Under the pieces are notes generated by a model that ran no database searches, was not told the origin of the DNA, and saw nothing but the letters and a program-made list of their open reading frames with translations. From NCBI GenBank assembly GCA_036172245.1, contig JAYWIR010000010.1:2170001-2234000 (forward strand): DNA of 64,000 nt, in the 5' to 3' direction. The position numbers and the translations under genes were made by a program. Positions 10,200-22,200 of this stretch are shown piece by piece (position 1 is the first letter of the stretch; each line of letters starts with the position of its first letter). The DNA comes from Raillietiella orientalis. Lineage: Eukaryota.

Positions 10200-13100
10200 G
10201 CAGACGAGGAGGTTCCTGCCCTCAGGGGAAGGAGCAGCCTCCGAGATCTCCTCCTGGACCACCCGGGTGAGCAGATAACCTCGAGTTACCCCCCTCGGAT
10301 GCTCCCCTGGACGGAGAGGGAGAAGTCCACCTCCATCTGATGGGGACTGCCCCGGGAGGATCCTCGGGGAGTTCTCCCTCAGGAGACGAGGAAGAGCATT
10401 GATTCCCGGACAACGCGCCGTCCCCAGGAGCGGCTCCTCTCCCGATTTCCCTTGCCGCAGGGGTCCGTTCACTAGGACAGGAAGGAGGAGAGGGATCCCC
10501 CAAGGGTCTCCACTCCTGGCGGCGCGGCCTGGTCTCTCCCTCGAGAGATGACGACGCACTTCCGGAGAAGCGACGACAGCCTGCCCCGGAGCCAAGGGGC
10601 GGGACATCCCTGCCCTTACGAGGACCTGCCGGGCCGTTGCCGGTTCGCCAGATGTGTTCCCCGGCCTCCCGCTCCAGCATCCCGCGAGCGCTGCAGCTGG
10701 CGGCCCTTCGCGGAAGTCGCGCCGCGCCACCTGCAGCCCTCCGACCCCTTCGAGAAGAGGAAGGCGGAGGGCAGGCAGCGGGACCGCCGCGGACGCGTCT
10801 GCTCCCCATGGAGTCCTCTGGAGGATGGGGAGAGATCTGGACCAAGGCAACGGGAGGCTGTGAGTAGGGATCAACTGTGGGGCGCAGCGTCTGGGGATGC
10901 TGCGGGGAGGAGGGAGCATCAAAAGGGAGCGCAGCCCTTCAACCCCCGTACCCCTTCCACCGGGGTCGGTCAGCCTCCGCCGCCCTCGAGTCGCACGTCG
11001 CCAACGTGACCGCCCGAGAGCGTCAGAAACGGACCCGAAGGGTTGAGCAATCAGCGGTTCTGGGCGGCGTCGCATCGCGCTGTTGCGAAATGACGAGAGG
11101 TCGTCCACACCCGGAGGGGCCGCGAGCGAGCGTCCACTCCCCCCCTCCCCCTCACGCTGCGCGTCCTTTGCAATGGCGGCAATGGGGGATCACTGTGGCC
11201 CCTTGGAGGCGTGAAAGTGGCTCAGGTTTGTCCCATCCAACCGGAGGCTACGCAGAGGGGAGACTGGAAGGCCCAGGGGGTTGCTGCACACCCTCCAGCT
11301 CCGTTTCCCTTGGCGCCGGGGCCGTCAGACCTCCCGCTCTCCAGGAAACAGCTTTCCGCTCGGGGTGCGCGACACCGCGGAGCGGAAGCATCGACCACGG
11401 GGGGAGGGCGGTCTCAGTCTTTTCGCACAGCTCACGGGTAGGTTGGACACCCCGGTCCCTTGAAAAAACCTGAGCTGGGGAGCCGAGTTCGATAAGGGTG
11501 GGGAGCTTGGGACAGAGATGCGATTTTAGCGTGGGAGGGTAGAGGAACAAAAGGCTGCACTGTCCCTAGTGGCTGCCCCTCTGGGGGACGCAGAGGCTCC
11601 TCCCCAGGTGAAGGTGACCTTCCCGGTCACTCCAGGGTTCCTCCGTCAGACCCGGAGCAGCAGTGGCGACATAGCTTCCCCATGTGCAGTAAAGGGTGAG
11701 CCGGGCCCAGGATCGTGCGGCCAAGGTGTGGCGACCCTCCAAGAGGAGAGAGGCGGGCAGCGGGCGCTCTGACAGCGAAGCAGCGCTCGCAGAGTGGGCG
11801 CAGCCGCCGAAGTGCTGCGGGCGCAGGTGGTTGCTGGCCGGCTGCTTGCGTGGAGGCTGCCACGCGGTGAGCGCTGGGAGTCATCGTCCGAGAGGTCCTA
11901 GACCCTCCTTACCCCCGTGGGAAGGCCACACAAATGCTCCGGAGGCACCTCGCCGAAGAGCACCCGTTCGTTTCGAGAATGTGCCGCCAGGTCGCTCGCC
12001 TCCTGCTACCGATGGGTGATCCTCCTCGTGACCGCCGTCCCAAGAATGGAGGGCATCCTCCGCGTGGCCTCACCACTCTGCCGAATTCCGCGTCTTGAGG
12101 GCGCCTGCGCCCTCCTCCCGACCTCTGCAGCAATGCCAGCGTTGCCGTTCGCGGCACGACTCGTTCTTTTGCGCAGCGCCCTGGCTTCCCGAGTTTTCCC
12201 CGTTCCTCCGGGAGTGCGGCAATCGACTTCCGTTGGGTGTCCTCCATTCCGCGCTTCCGTTGGGCGGCCAGCGGAGGGCGCGCGAGACGGGCAAACAGTT
12301 GCGTCCGTCCTCGACTCGTCAGAGCTTTCTCCAACGCTCAATAGATGGTGCGCAGAGGGCGATCGACGCCAGCAGCGAAGGGGCTCTGGAAAAGGTGCGA
12401 AAGGGTAGAACGTTGGTTGTCTTCCCAGGAGGGAACTTGGAGAGCACGGGGGGCTGCGTGGAGAAAAGAGGAGGGAGAACTTCCTCCGGGAAACGGTCAG
12501 GACTCTTTCCTCCAGGAGCCACGGCACCGCTTCCCGCCACGCGCTCCGCGAGCGGAGCGCCTTCCTTGGTAACAGCCGCACTTTCTGTGAGCCTCCAGGT
12601 GGCCGTCGCTTCTCCTCCCCGGTCCGTCTCTGTCTCTTCAGGGTGTCTTCCGGCATCTGTGCGCGCCTCACAGGAAGGCACCTCCGCCGTCGTCCCGTGA
12701 AAGCCTTGAGGGTGTGGAGGCCAAGCACCGGAAGAAGGTTCACGAGCGAAGCGAAGGAGGTGGTGGGTGGGTTATCCCTACTTGCGACGAGGGTAGAGGG
12801 AGCCGGATCCCTGCGCCAGGCCACGATGGCACTGTCATCGTTCCGTTCCTTGCTGCTCCGAGGCTCTTCGTGGGCCGAGAAAGCTGGCGCGGGGGCAGTC
12901 GGAGAGCCGTGCGACTGGGAGTTCCAGGGCAGAGGAGGGGAACGTCGGAAGCACTTCGGGGGAAAGGCGAGGTCGCGCAGGGGGGCGAAGGACCTCGAGA
13001 GCATCTCTCGCATCCAGGGTTGCCTAAGAAAGGGCGCCGTGGGGATGCCTCCTCGAGGAGGAAGTCGGCGGGATCGCGCGGCCTGGGAGGGGGTGAGGGG

Positions 13101-13300
13101 GGAAGCTTCCGTGGGGTGACGAGCAGCGCAGCCGCCTTCGAGGAGGCCGAGGGCAGCACCTTAGGGAACGCCCATTCGATTCTGACGGTGCCACCGGGCC
13201 GGTGAGACGGAAGGGTGTCTTCCGGGAGACTCCGCCAAGGAGAACAGGAGCAGCGCGTCGCATTGCTCGGTCGACGGAGGGAAGGACCGGGAAAGGCGGG
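10200..13300 (-). mobile_element. Degenerate Tx1-like ORF1/UTR remnants between cystatin genes 2 and 3
   Basis: GC-rich, frameshifted pieces weakly resembling ORF1 (TVDP..LVQI; NLLPVLGLHTL). Confidence 0.35.
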
Positions 13301-13385
13301 AGGAAGGACGGCACCAGTGACTGCTGCCCAAGGCGAAGTGACCCGAAGGTTTTTATTGCGCGCAGGCGCGGCCCGCCAGATCCGT

Positions 13386-13866
13386 TCAGGCGACGCACTG
13401 GACTTTCTGCGTCAGGTGCTGCAGGTGGTGGTCGGCAGCCGCCGGCGGCTCGTAGACCTCCATCTGGCACCACTGGTGCTCCTTCCCGCAGGAAAAGGTC
13501 GCCGTGAAGAAGAACTTGATTCTGGACAGAATCTGCGTTCTGAGGTCGCTGAGGCTGTCAACCGTGCAGTTGCTGTCTGGACCGTTGGGATGGTGCTTGA
13601 GAGTCAGCTTCTCCTCTTGGAGAAAGAGGTCCTCGTTGCCCTCCCGGCTCAGCGGCTCGCTCTGCCCTCCCAGCAGCTGCTGCATTGGGAAGAGACGAGA
13701 GAGGGGAGGGCGGCGTTCCGTGCGATCCGTCCAAAAAGGGGTAGAGGGTGGTGAAGGGGGTAAGCGATCAGGAGGAGGGGGAGGTACTCACAGTCGGTTT
13801 CTGGAGTCCCAGTTCGCAGTAGGCGAGCAGAACGAATGCTACCACCAGGGCTCGTGCTTCCCGCAT
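13386..13866 (-). CDS. Divergent secreted cystatin-like protein, 2 exons: 13866-13792 + 13679-13386, 122 aa
   Basis: Signal peptide MREARALVVAFVLLAYCELG, GTGAGT donor (phase 0), 112-nt intron with pyrimidine tract and CAGCAG acceptor. Exon 2 QLLGG...SNC...LRTQILSRIKFFF...SC...WC.MEVYEPP...VQCVA* aligns by eye to LRTQLVAGINYFF of the first gene. AATAAA at 13357-13352. Confidence 0.82.
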
Positions 13867-15010
13867 TGTGTAGGCGGGCAAACTGGAGGAAGGGTCCACC
13901 TCCGAGCGACGACGGAACTCGCTCCTGCTGTGTGGCACGGCGACCTTGCAGCCTCCTCCCACACCTTGCTAGAGCCGCTGCCTCAAGTACGGCCGCGCTA
14001 GGCGGCGGACGCGAGCGGGCGGACGCGCCTCGCCCCCTTCCCTTCCTGGAGCGATTGCAGCGGCATCCGCGACAGACCCCCCTCCCCCAAAGGGTAGGAC
14101 GCTCTCTTTCCCATTCCGTGTCCGAGCGCGCGGGACGCGCAGAAGATGACGAGGAGTCAGGGAACCTCTTCGCCGCTCCTTCCTGCCCTTCTCCCGACAC
14201 CCTCTGGAGTTTCCAGCGGGCGCTTCCTCGCTCCTTAATGTCACCCGGTGATCACACTTAATCGTTCGCAAACAACGCTCCTGAGTCTCCCCGGCGATGT
14301 CCGCCCCCTCCTGCCCCACGTTCTCTCTTCGCTGACCCACCCCCCGAGCGCGCGGTTTCCGCTCGACTGCCACGGCCCGATCTCAGGCGTGCTGCCGAGG
14401 ACGGCCCCGTGGGTCCTGGTTTCCTCCCGTTTCCAGGATAGCCACACAGGTGCGTACTCTCTCGTCTCGCAACACTCTGCTCTCCGGAGCCAGACTGTGG
14501 CCACGCGTTGTTGTTCTCGGTCGCCATTACCGACCTCTGGGAAGAGGAGGAGGGAGCGTTCCCAGAAGGAGAAGAAGCGCGGATGAGGTGTTCATGAAAT
14601 GTTGGCTGACCTCGGCAGATTTTTCAGAGAGGTTTCCGCCTTGGCCGGCCTGGGGGTTCCTCCTTGGAGGAATCTCCTCTTCCCCTCCACGACTCCTCGG
14701 AACCGGCCCTGATCTCCGCGTTCAGTCTCTTCCGGTGTTCGAGGCAGCAACCCCGCGCGCACTCTTGCGAGTGGGGGGGGAGCGTGTCGTCCCTGAGGTT
14801 CTGTTAGGAGAAGACGAGGAAGAGGAGAAACGGGACGAACATCCGGGAAGGATTCTAGGGCGCCCTGGCTCCTCCTTCCGGGAGCTCAAAGGTGACGGAC
14901 TTGGCTCTAAAGAGCCCCACCGTCGGTGGTGGCTGTGGAGGAGGAGGAAGAAGCAGAAAGAATCAAAGACAAAAAGGTGGTCTTCCTGCTTCTTCCTCCT
15001 CCTAAGATGG

Positions 15011-15714
15011 TTTTTCACTCGGATTTCCCGAAGCATTTATTGTTAAAATGATAACAAAATTCTTGTCAATTCCGATCGAGTGGTGGAACACGTGGTTCTA
15101 CCACGCGTAGAAAACTTGCCACGACCGGTATATAGGCCGACGAGAACCGTTTCCGCTGCGACAGGACAGGAAAAACTGAAAAAGACAAACAAACAAACAA
15201 AAAGTGAGGAAGAGTTTTCTGGGGCGGGGTGGCGGGAGAGGGGGTGGCAGGGAAGAGATCACGGTTTGCCTCAAAATGTCCTGTGCATCCTGTCCAGGAA
15301 GCCGGCAAGTTCTGTAGCTTTATCTCCCAAACGGGGCCATCTAGAGGCGGTCTTCAGGAAGATCCGTGTCCAGTGGATGGCGTCCATGCAATTTTGACCC
15401 CTACTTTCCGCGTTCCAGGCTAACAGGATTCCGCGGACCCAGAAGAGAGCTGTTAGGGATGCAGCTGGCGTCAGGGTGGCACGCATGAAGAGGCATTGAA
15501 AAGTGTTCCTGGGGTCGGCCTCCTCCAGGGTTTCTAGGATCGTCGAGAGACGATCCCAAAGCGGTCGGAAGGCAGTACAGTCCAGCAGAAGGCGGGGGAG
15601 GGTCTCCCTCTCGCCACACCTTCCACAACTGGCATCCATATTCACCCGTGTCCAAAGATGGAGGCATGCTTTGCATGGGATTCCCTAATTCAACAGCAGC
15701 AACGTCAGCTCTGG
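15011..15714 (-). mobile_element. 5'-truncated Tx1/L1-like 3' end, probable 12-bp TSD
   Basis: ORF 15271-15645 CGRCGERETLPRLLLDC...; terminus AATAAA at 15041-15036. Flanks CTCCTAAGATGG (14999-15010) and CTTCTAGGATGG (15715-15726). Confidence 0.8.
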
Positions 15715-15726
15715 CTTCTAGGATGG

Positions 15727-16300
15727 TGAGGAGAAGGAAGGACCTTTGGAGAGGGGCAGTTGACTCTCGTTCCCTTTCCCTTCTGTCTGGAACCTTTGGT
15801 GGACTTGCAGGAACTGACGGCGCCCCACCGGAACGGGAGGGCCGTGACGCTGCCTCTCGCGGCTGTTGGTGGCTCTCGCGACCCCCTCCGGCCGTCTCCG
15901 GAAGTCTTCTTGCACGCGTGCGCGTCCTTCCGCTTACTCTGCCCCGTACTTTTCGCCCACACCCGCCCTGCTGGGGCTGTCTTGCTCTCGGGTCGTTTGG
16001 GAGTGGACGAGGGAACGAGGCAGCCGGAGTGCTCGGCCGATATCCCGAGCACCATCACCTTCCTCTTCTTCCGGCCAAAGATGGTCACGCGAGCTCATTC
16101 TGGAGCACTAGGCGGGGCTCTTCGGAGGCGACGCGCTCGGAGGTAGCTCCCGTGAAGCTGCCCCTGACCTCCTTGCCCATGCCCGCGAACTCGCGCGCCT
16201 ACTTCGGCATCCTGTACATGTTGCTGCTGATAAGTTCCCAGACTGCATTGTTTCCGGCCGCTCTGGTCACTCCGTTGAGGAACCACGCAAGAGCGTGAGG
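15727..16300 (-). mobile_element. Degenerate ORF1-like remnant, continuing left of 15010
   Basis: TIFGRKKRKVMVLGISAE resembles ORF1 segments; this remnant hosts the 15011-15714 insertion. Confidence 0.35.
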
Positions 16301-16359
16301 GGTGCTGAGTCCCTCTCAGGGAGCGGTATGGATACGCGAGATCATCTACGCTCTTTGGA

Positions 16360-16409
16360 GCGGACGAGAATTCCGGCCTAACCTAGGTTAGGCCGGGAAT
16401 CTCGTCCGC
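16360..16409. repeat. 50-bp near-perfect palindrome centred on CCTAACCT|AGGTTAGG
   Basis: 25-bp arms, 2 mismatches, no spacer. Confidence 0.9.
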
Positions 16410-17164
16410 AGCCGGACTGTGTATCATGTGCCTTCCTTAAATGGTATACAGAGGGATGTGACTTTGGACTCTGCTGTTGTCAAGCGAAGGCGTTTCGCAC
16501 AACCCTCGTTACTGTCCTCTGCTGAAGTTTCCAGGTGGACGGGAAGGAAGAAGGTGGCGGTCCAGTGGCTTCGCACGTAGAGCCACTGGTTCCTACGGAG
16601 ACGAGGACGCCATGAATCGTTTGAACATTTTTCGGTGGTGAGCACGGCTTCGAGATGGAGGACATCTCGATGAAAGACGACGAACGCAGTGATCGCCCAG
16701 AAGCAACGAGAACCATCAATGACGTCGCCGCCGCTGCTGCAGAGCTGCGCAAAGAGAACCGGCGGCAGACCTCTCGAATAATGGTGGAAAATCCCAAGAA
16801 CCTGTGGTGCTGCGCGTCTTAGTCGAAGATTCATAGAAAGGGAAACTGCGCGCACGATTCTTCGTGCATTCCCTGACACGAGGACAAGGAGGCACGGGAG
16901 TTTTTGGCGCAGGAACGAATCTCGGCGTTAGACCACCCCCGCACTCGCCGAATTTGCCTTTACCTGACCATTTCCTATTCCCCATAACGAAACTGCGTCT
17001 GAAAGGGGCCCTCCCGAGTTGATACCAAGGAGGTCCCTGTGAAAGACCACGCCAGTGCCATGTAGAAGTCAGAATCCGCTCCAGGAAGTACGCGGAGCCC
17101 GATGGATCCCATTTTGGATAAATAAAATGTAAAAAAAAAAGTTCCTTTCTTTTTTCAATTTTTA

Positions 17165-18595
17165 CTGATTCCTAATCCTTTTGGAACTCCATGCGTAGGT
17201 ATCCACCTCGTGGCTTCCTTCACCTGCCCCCTCTTTTTTGTTTGCCTCTTGCCAGAGAACATCAGAAAGAGAATCAAGGGCCTCTTCAAGATCGCCATTT
17301 GGGTCACAGGGAGGTCCCGAGTCTAACTGAAGAACTTGCATGCTCCACGTCGTGACGGCGGCCTTGCTCACCTGAAGCTGGAGCGACTGGAGCTTCAGCT
17401 CCGATTTCGGATACTTTCCCTTGCGGCGAAGATGCGGAGCACCACCTGGTGTGAGCCTGGCTGCATGTCTCCTTGTCGAGCAGGCCACTGGCAGTGTGGG
17501 ACTCGCGTCATTCCTTGAGTGACGTCGCCGCAACGTCACCCACTGCGGACTGCAGCTTCGGCGGATGGCCACGCTCACCAGGAAAAACATCTACTGGATC
17601 TGCTTCCGCCCCGCGAACGGTAGTGCTTGGCTGCAGGAAACCGTTCGCACGTGGGCGAGGAACCAAGATATGCCCGCAGCAGGAGCAAAGATTCTTGTAT
17701 GGGTCTTACAGGAGCTGCTCGCTCCGGGAGATCCTTGAACATCTCGGGAAGGGTTTGTGGGCAGGAAAAATCTTCCTGCAGCAGCGCTTCCCTCCCTCAG
17801 GGAACATACGGCAGCCTCCTTGCGGCTAAATGGGAGGTTAGTGCTGAAATCTTCAGGAGAAGAGGACTTGCTGAGTGGACGACGGGCCAGCTTACAGACG
17901 CTCCACCCCGAGTGCACCACTCCGAGGACTTTTGCGCTGGGGCGAGCTACTGAGTATTCCGGAGGAAGACCTGCAGTGGTCCTCAGAGCTTTTGGACACC
18001 CACACAGCCATTGAGGTGGCAGGAGTCGGCGTTGATGTTGTTGCACTGGGGTCTCCCGTACAACGTCCGCCGACATCACTGGACACGGGGGAGATCCAAA
18101 CTGTCAGGTGCGGGGAACGCGAATCCCTCTCGCACCTGCTCGTGGATTGCATTGCCCTCCGGCCCCTCTGGGAACGCTTTGCTGAGACACTAGGAAACCC
18201 CAGCAACTCCAGGGACACATGGAGACCCTCCCTTGCACGCGACGCTCTCCGGCCAGCAGCCTCGCTAGCATCTCTCTGCTGCCTACGCGTAATTGTCCTC
18301 GTTGCCTGGAGCGACTCAAGAGGAGGACCGAGCGAAAGGATTGCCATCCACTTCGCCGTCCTCTTCATGAGGATGGCAACAATATGGCCCCACCTGAAAG
18401 ACAATATACAGCAAGAGTTTGCCTGCATCTTCGGAAGGATGCAGAGGACCGCCTCCAGCAGGACGTCATCCCTCCTCCCCCAAGTTTGCTTATTTTTCTG
18501 TTTCTTTTTCTTTTTGCTTGCCCCCTCCTCTCTGCTGACGTGATGGACCTCACCGGTCTGGGTTCCGGTAACATGGCAGGCTCCCGTTAAATTGC
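17165..18595 (+). mobile_element. Tx1/L1-like ORF2 C-terminal part plus 3'UTR
   Basis: HAPRRDGGLAHL (GGLG-like motif after the RT thumb), RCGERESLSHLLVDCIALRPLW zinc finger, and the shared 3'UTR. Confidence 0.8.
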
Positions 18596-18599
18596 ACGT

Positions 18600-19210
18600 A
18601 GTTGGACCGTCGGTCCATCCAAAGAGATTACGATACACCTCCTTGTGGTTTGTGTTGCCCTTATGCCCCTTTGGCTACGCTTTGCTGCGGCCATCGGAAT
18701 CCACTGCAGCAACCCCAGGGACTCTGTGAAAGCCCTCTTCGTTTCCAACGCCCTCCGGCCTGCGGCCTCGTTAACAGCCCTGTGCTGCCTTCGCGGGATC
18801 GTCGCCGCTTGCAGTAAGGCAACGGGAGGACGTCGCGATAAGGGTGCCATCCAGCGCGCCGCCGAATTTTTGGAGGAGGTCGGATTTGGATTTTTGGATT
18901 CTTGGAGACGCGGTGGCCCCACCTGGATCCAGGAATGCAGAGAGAGCTTGCCAGCATCCTGCGAAGGATGCCACGGCCCCGGCAGCAACAGTGATCCCTT
19001 CCCGTACCCTATCACGTTTTCTTTTCTTTTTGTTTAGTTTTTTGTTTATCCCCCTTCCCCCTGCTGCCTTGGTGGACTGGACCGGCCTGCGAACCGGTGA
19101 CCCGGCGGGCTCTGTGTTGTTTCTTCATGCGTGGCTGGGTCACTAGTCCAGCCACAGCGCGTGTTAAAAGTTTTTTTTCTAAATAAACGCCCCGGCGACC
19201 CGGGTGAAAA
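18600..19210 (+). mobile_element. 5'-truncated Tx1/L1-like 3' end
   Basis: HLLVVCVALMPLW..LRPAASLTALCCLRGIV motif, 3'UTR, and AATAAA-hairpin terminus at 19182-19210. Confidence 0.8.
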
Positions 19211-22200
19211 TCGAATGCCTTGTGCAGGTCGACTGCGCCTGCAAGAGCTCCCACTCCTGCCCCTGGCCGACGGACGCTCCGTAATTCCGGTTGCCTATCA
19301 TCTCCCTTTCCTGTAGGAGAGCGAACCAGGTGCTAGCGCAGAGCAGGTTGCATCCATGCTCCTCCCGGGAACAGCACACGACTGCTCCGGGCTAATGAAG
19401 CTTTTCGCCACCCGCCCTAGCCACTCGGCCCACAGCTTCGCTAGCAACTTGGCGTCCGCGTTTACCACGATAATCGGCTGCCAGTTGCTTATAATCCTTA
19501 GATCTCCTCCTCTGGGGAGTGAAACTTCGCGGGAACGTAACCTGTTTCGCGTGTCAGCAAGGTCAAATGCTGTACCAGGGGAGTCAGCTCTGCCGCGAAG
19601 CATCGGAAAAACTCCGCAGACAGGCCATCCTCCCCTGGAGCCTCACGTCTCTTGAGCTTCCCGATCGCGGTGATGATCTCATCGGCGGAGAAGGACTCGT
19701 CGAGGTTTTTCCTGCTCTCCTCTCCGATCATTGGAGTATCTTCCGGGAGCAGGAATCCTGCGAAATCCCACTCAGGTGGTGCTCTCGCGTACAAGGAGGG
19801 GAAGAACTTGAGTATTGTTCCTTTTACCTGTCCCGGCCCTCGTCGTCCAGTGGGCTGTGCGATCCGGATTGCCAGACTTGCCTCTCGGCTCCCGGTTTGA
19901 ATTCCGCCAGCTTCCAGATATTGGATGTTCTGCTGTAGCGGAGGGCGCACAGGTGCGCCCGCTCGTTACGGACACCCTCTACAAGGCCTGCGGATGGACA
20001 ATGGGAGAGCTGGCCGACGCCACGACCCCGAGCGTCCATCCGCGAGGACTACTGAGATGGGGCGAGCTGCTCGGCATCCGGATGGATGACCTGAAGTGGC
20101 CCCCGGTTTTGAAGGAATCCAAGATCCTGCCCCTTAAGTGGACAAGAGTCGGCGTTGCTACTGTTGCACTGGGGTATACCCTGCAACGCACGCCGCTTCC
20201 ACTGGACAAGGGGAGCTGTGAATCCTGCGTGTGCCAGGTGTGGGGAGCAGGAATCGCTCCCCCACCTGATCGTTGATTGTGCTGCCCTCCAACCCCTTTG
20301 GGAACGGTTGGGGACGACCCTCGGTCTTCCTATGGGCAGTGCGCTTAGAGACGTTTTCCGGCTCCTCTTCGTGCGGAACGCCCTGCAGCCAGCCACAGCC
20401 CTCGCAGTACTATGCTGCGTTCGAGGCCTCGTGGCGGCCTGGAGCGATGCCATCGACGAGGATCGAGACTCGAACGAGAGGATGCCATCCAGCCTGCATT
20501 ATGCTTCATGCAGAGAGCTGCCGGATGGCCCCATCTGGGACCATTGCGGATGGACCTCGAGGGCTTCCTTCGACGGATGGGCCCTCCTCCCAGTGAACTG
20601 TGATCCCTTCTCTGCCCTCCAAACTCTTTTATTTCTTTATTTTTTTTATTTTTCTTTTTGTTTTTTCCCCGTCCCCTTTCACTGCCGAGGAGAGCCACGC
20701 CGGGCTGCGTCCCGGCGTCCCGGCAGGTCCGGTGTTGTGTGGCCGTTAGTGGGGCTTCGTACCACGTAGTCTGTTGACAAGGAGGAGTTTTTAATAAACG
20801 TCCCGGCGTATCCGGGTGGCAACTACGAGGCCTGCAGGTAGTCGGTGCAGGGGGATGGCAGAACTCTCGGACCGAGCGCTGGAAGCGATCCCAGTCCTGG
20901 AGCGTTTGCAACCTGGAACCCTGTATGAACTAGCGAAGGTGCTCCGCGGCTCCCGGAAGGTTTACCCAGTCCCCTAGGAGACGCCACGCAACCAAGGAGG
21001 GACCCCTGTCGCGCGGATGGATCTCGAGTTCGATCAGGGAATGGTCGGACAGCGTCGACCGTACCTTGCCGCGACCGCCCACACGGGAGCACAGATGCTG
21101 ATAAAGGAAGATATGCTCGATGCTGGTCGCCATACCCGGTTCCCCGGCCAAGTTGCGTGTGTGCGTTGCCGCGCACACCTCGTTGATCAGGTCTCTTTCT
21201 GTCTCCGGTTCATCTGCACCAGGCGTACATTGAAGTCACCTGCCCACCATGAACTTTGCGCACGCCCTCTTCAGCCAGCCATTCGCGCTTCAGGGCATGG
21301 AAGAATGCTCTTCTTGCCGTCAGCGAGTGGTGCCATTCGGAACTCACAGGTTGGTGACGATCAGGTCGATGGAGTCGGACCACCTAAGGGTCAGCTAAAC
21401 GACTCGACCCGCAACGTCGAACCGTACGTCCGGGACGGCGGCCGCAAGCAGGTAGGCGACCCCACTGGATTGCGAGGGGCCGCATCACCATAGCAGCCGC
21501 CCTCCTGAGATCCGTTCCATCTCCTGCGCTTGTTCTGCGGAGATGAGGAAGCGTATCTCCTGAAGAAGCACAAGGTCGAAGGACCTTAGGGTGGCAGCTA
21601 TGTCATGTCTCTTGCCGTCGTTGCGTAGCCCGTTGACGTTCCAACAGGCGATCCTCAGACGACTGCGGGAGGCGATTCCCGGCAGCAGTGCTGGGATAGT
21701 TCCGTGTCCGCACCCGCTTCCTGAGCGGGCGTGATGCTTTAGGGGACGACGGTGGGCACCTGAGGCACCTGGACGGCCTCCACCCTCTCTGCGTCGGAGC
21801 GTGGCACCCTCTCAGGCGACGAGTATCGAGTTCTTACGCTCATGGCACCTTCGCATCCGGAACCGATCTCTTCCCCTTCGACTGGGGCGATGTGCCTCCG
21901 CGGGTCTTGGACTTGTGCCCAGACTTCCGGCGGGGTGCAGCGGCGGCAGAAGTTGCTTTTCCGGCTTCCCCGTCAGAGTCCGAGATCTCGGACCCCTTCA
22001 TAGAGACTGGGCACCTCAGGGCCTTTTCGCGGCCTTGGAGGGTCGCTGCAGCGTGGCAGCGAGCTCTTCTGCCGCTCTCTCGAAGACGATGTCGTTTACG
22101 ACGAACGCCGCCACCTCGCTCCCCTCCTCGTTAACTTTCTCGGGGGGTCGGGTGGCAACGACGAGTGCAGCAGCGCCGCGCTGGTCGATAGCGGGAACGC

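Noticed and set aside
330..16300. Many long overlapping ORFs (e.g. 5448-6494, 10059-11108, 12006-13013)
   Set aside because: Arg/Pro/Gly-rich products expected from GC-rich decayed LINE DNA; no intact domains.
16376..16393. Telomere fusion site
   Set aside because: Only about two units, in CCTAA-then-TTAGG order, the opposite of an end-to-end fusion.
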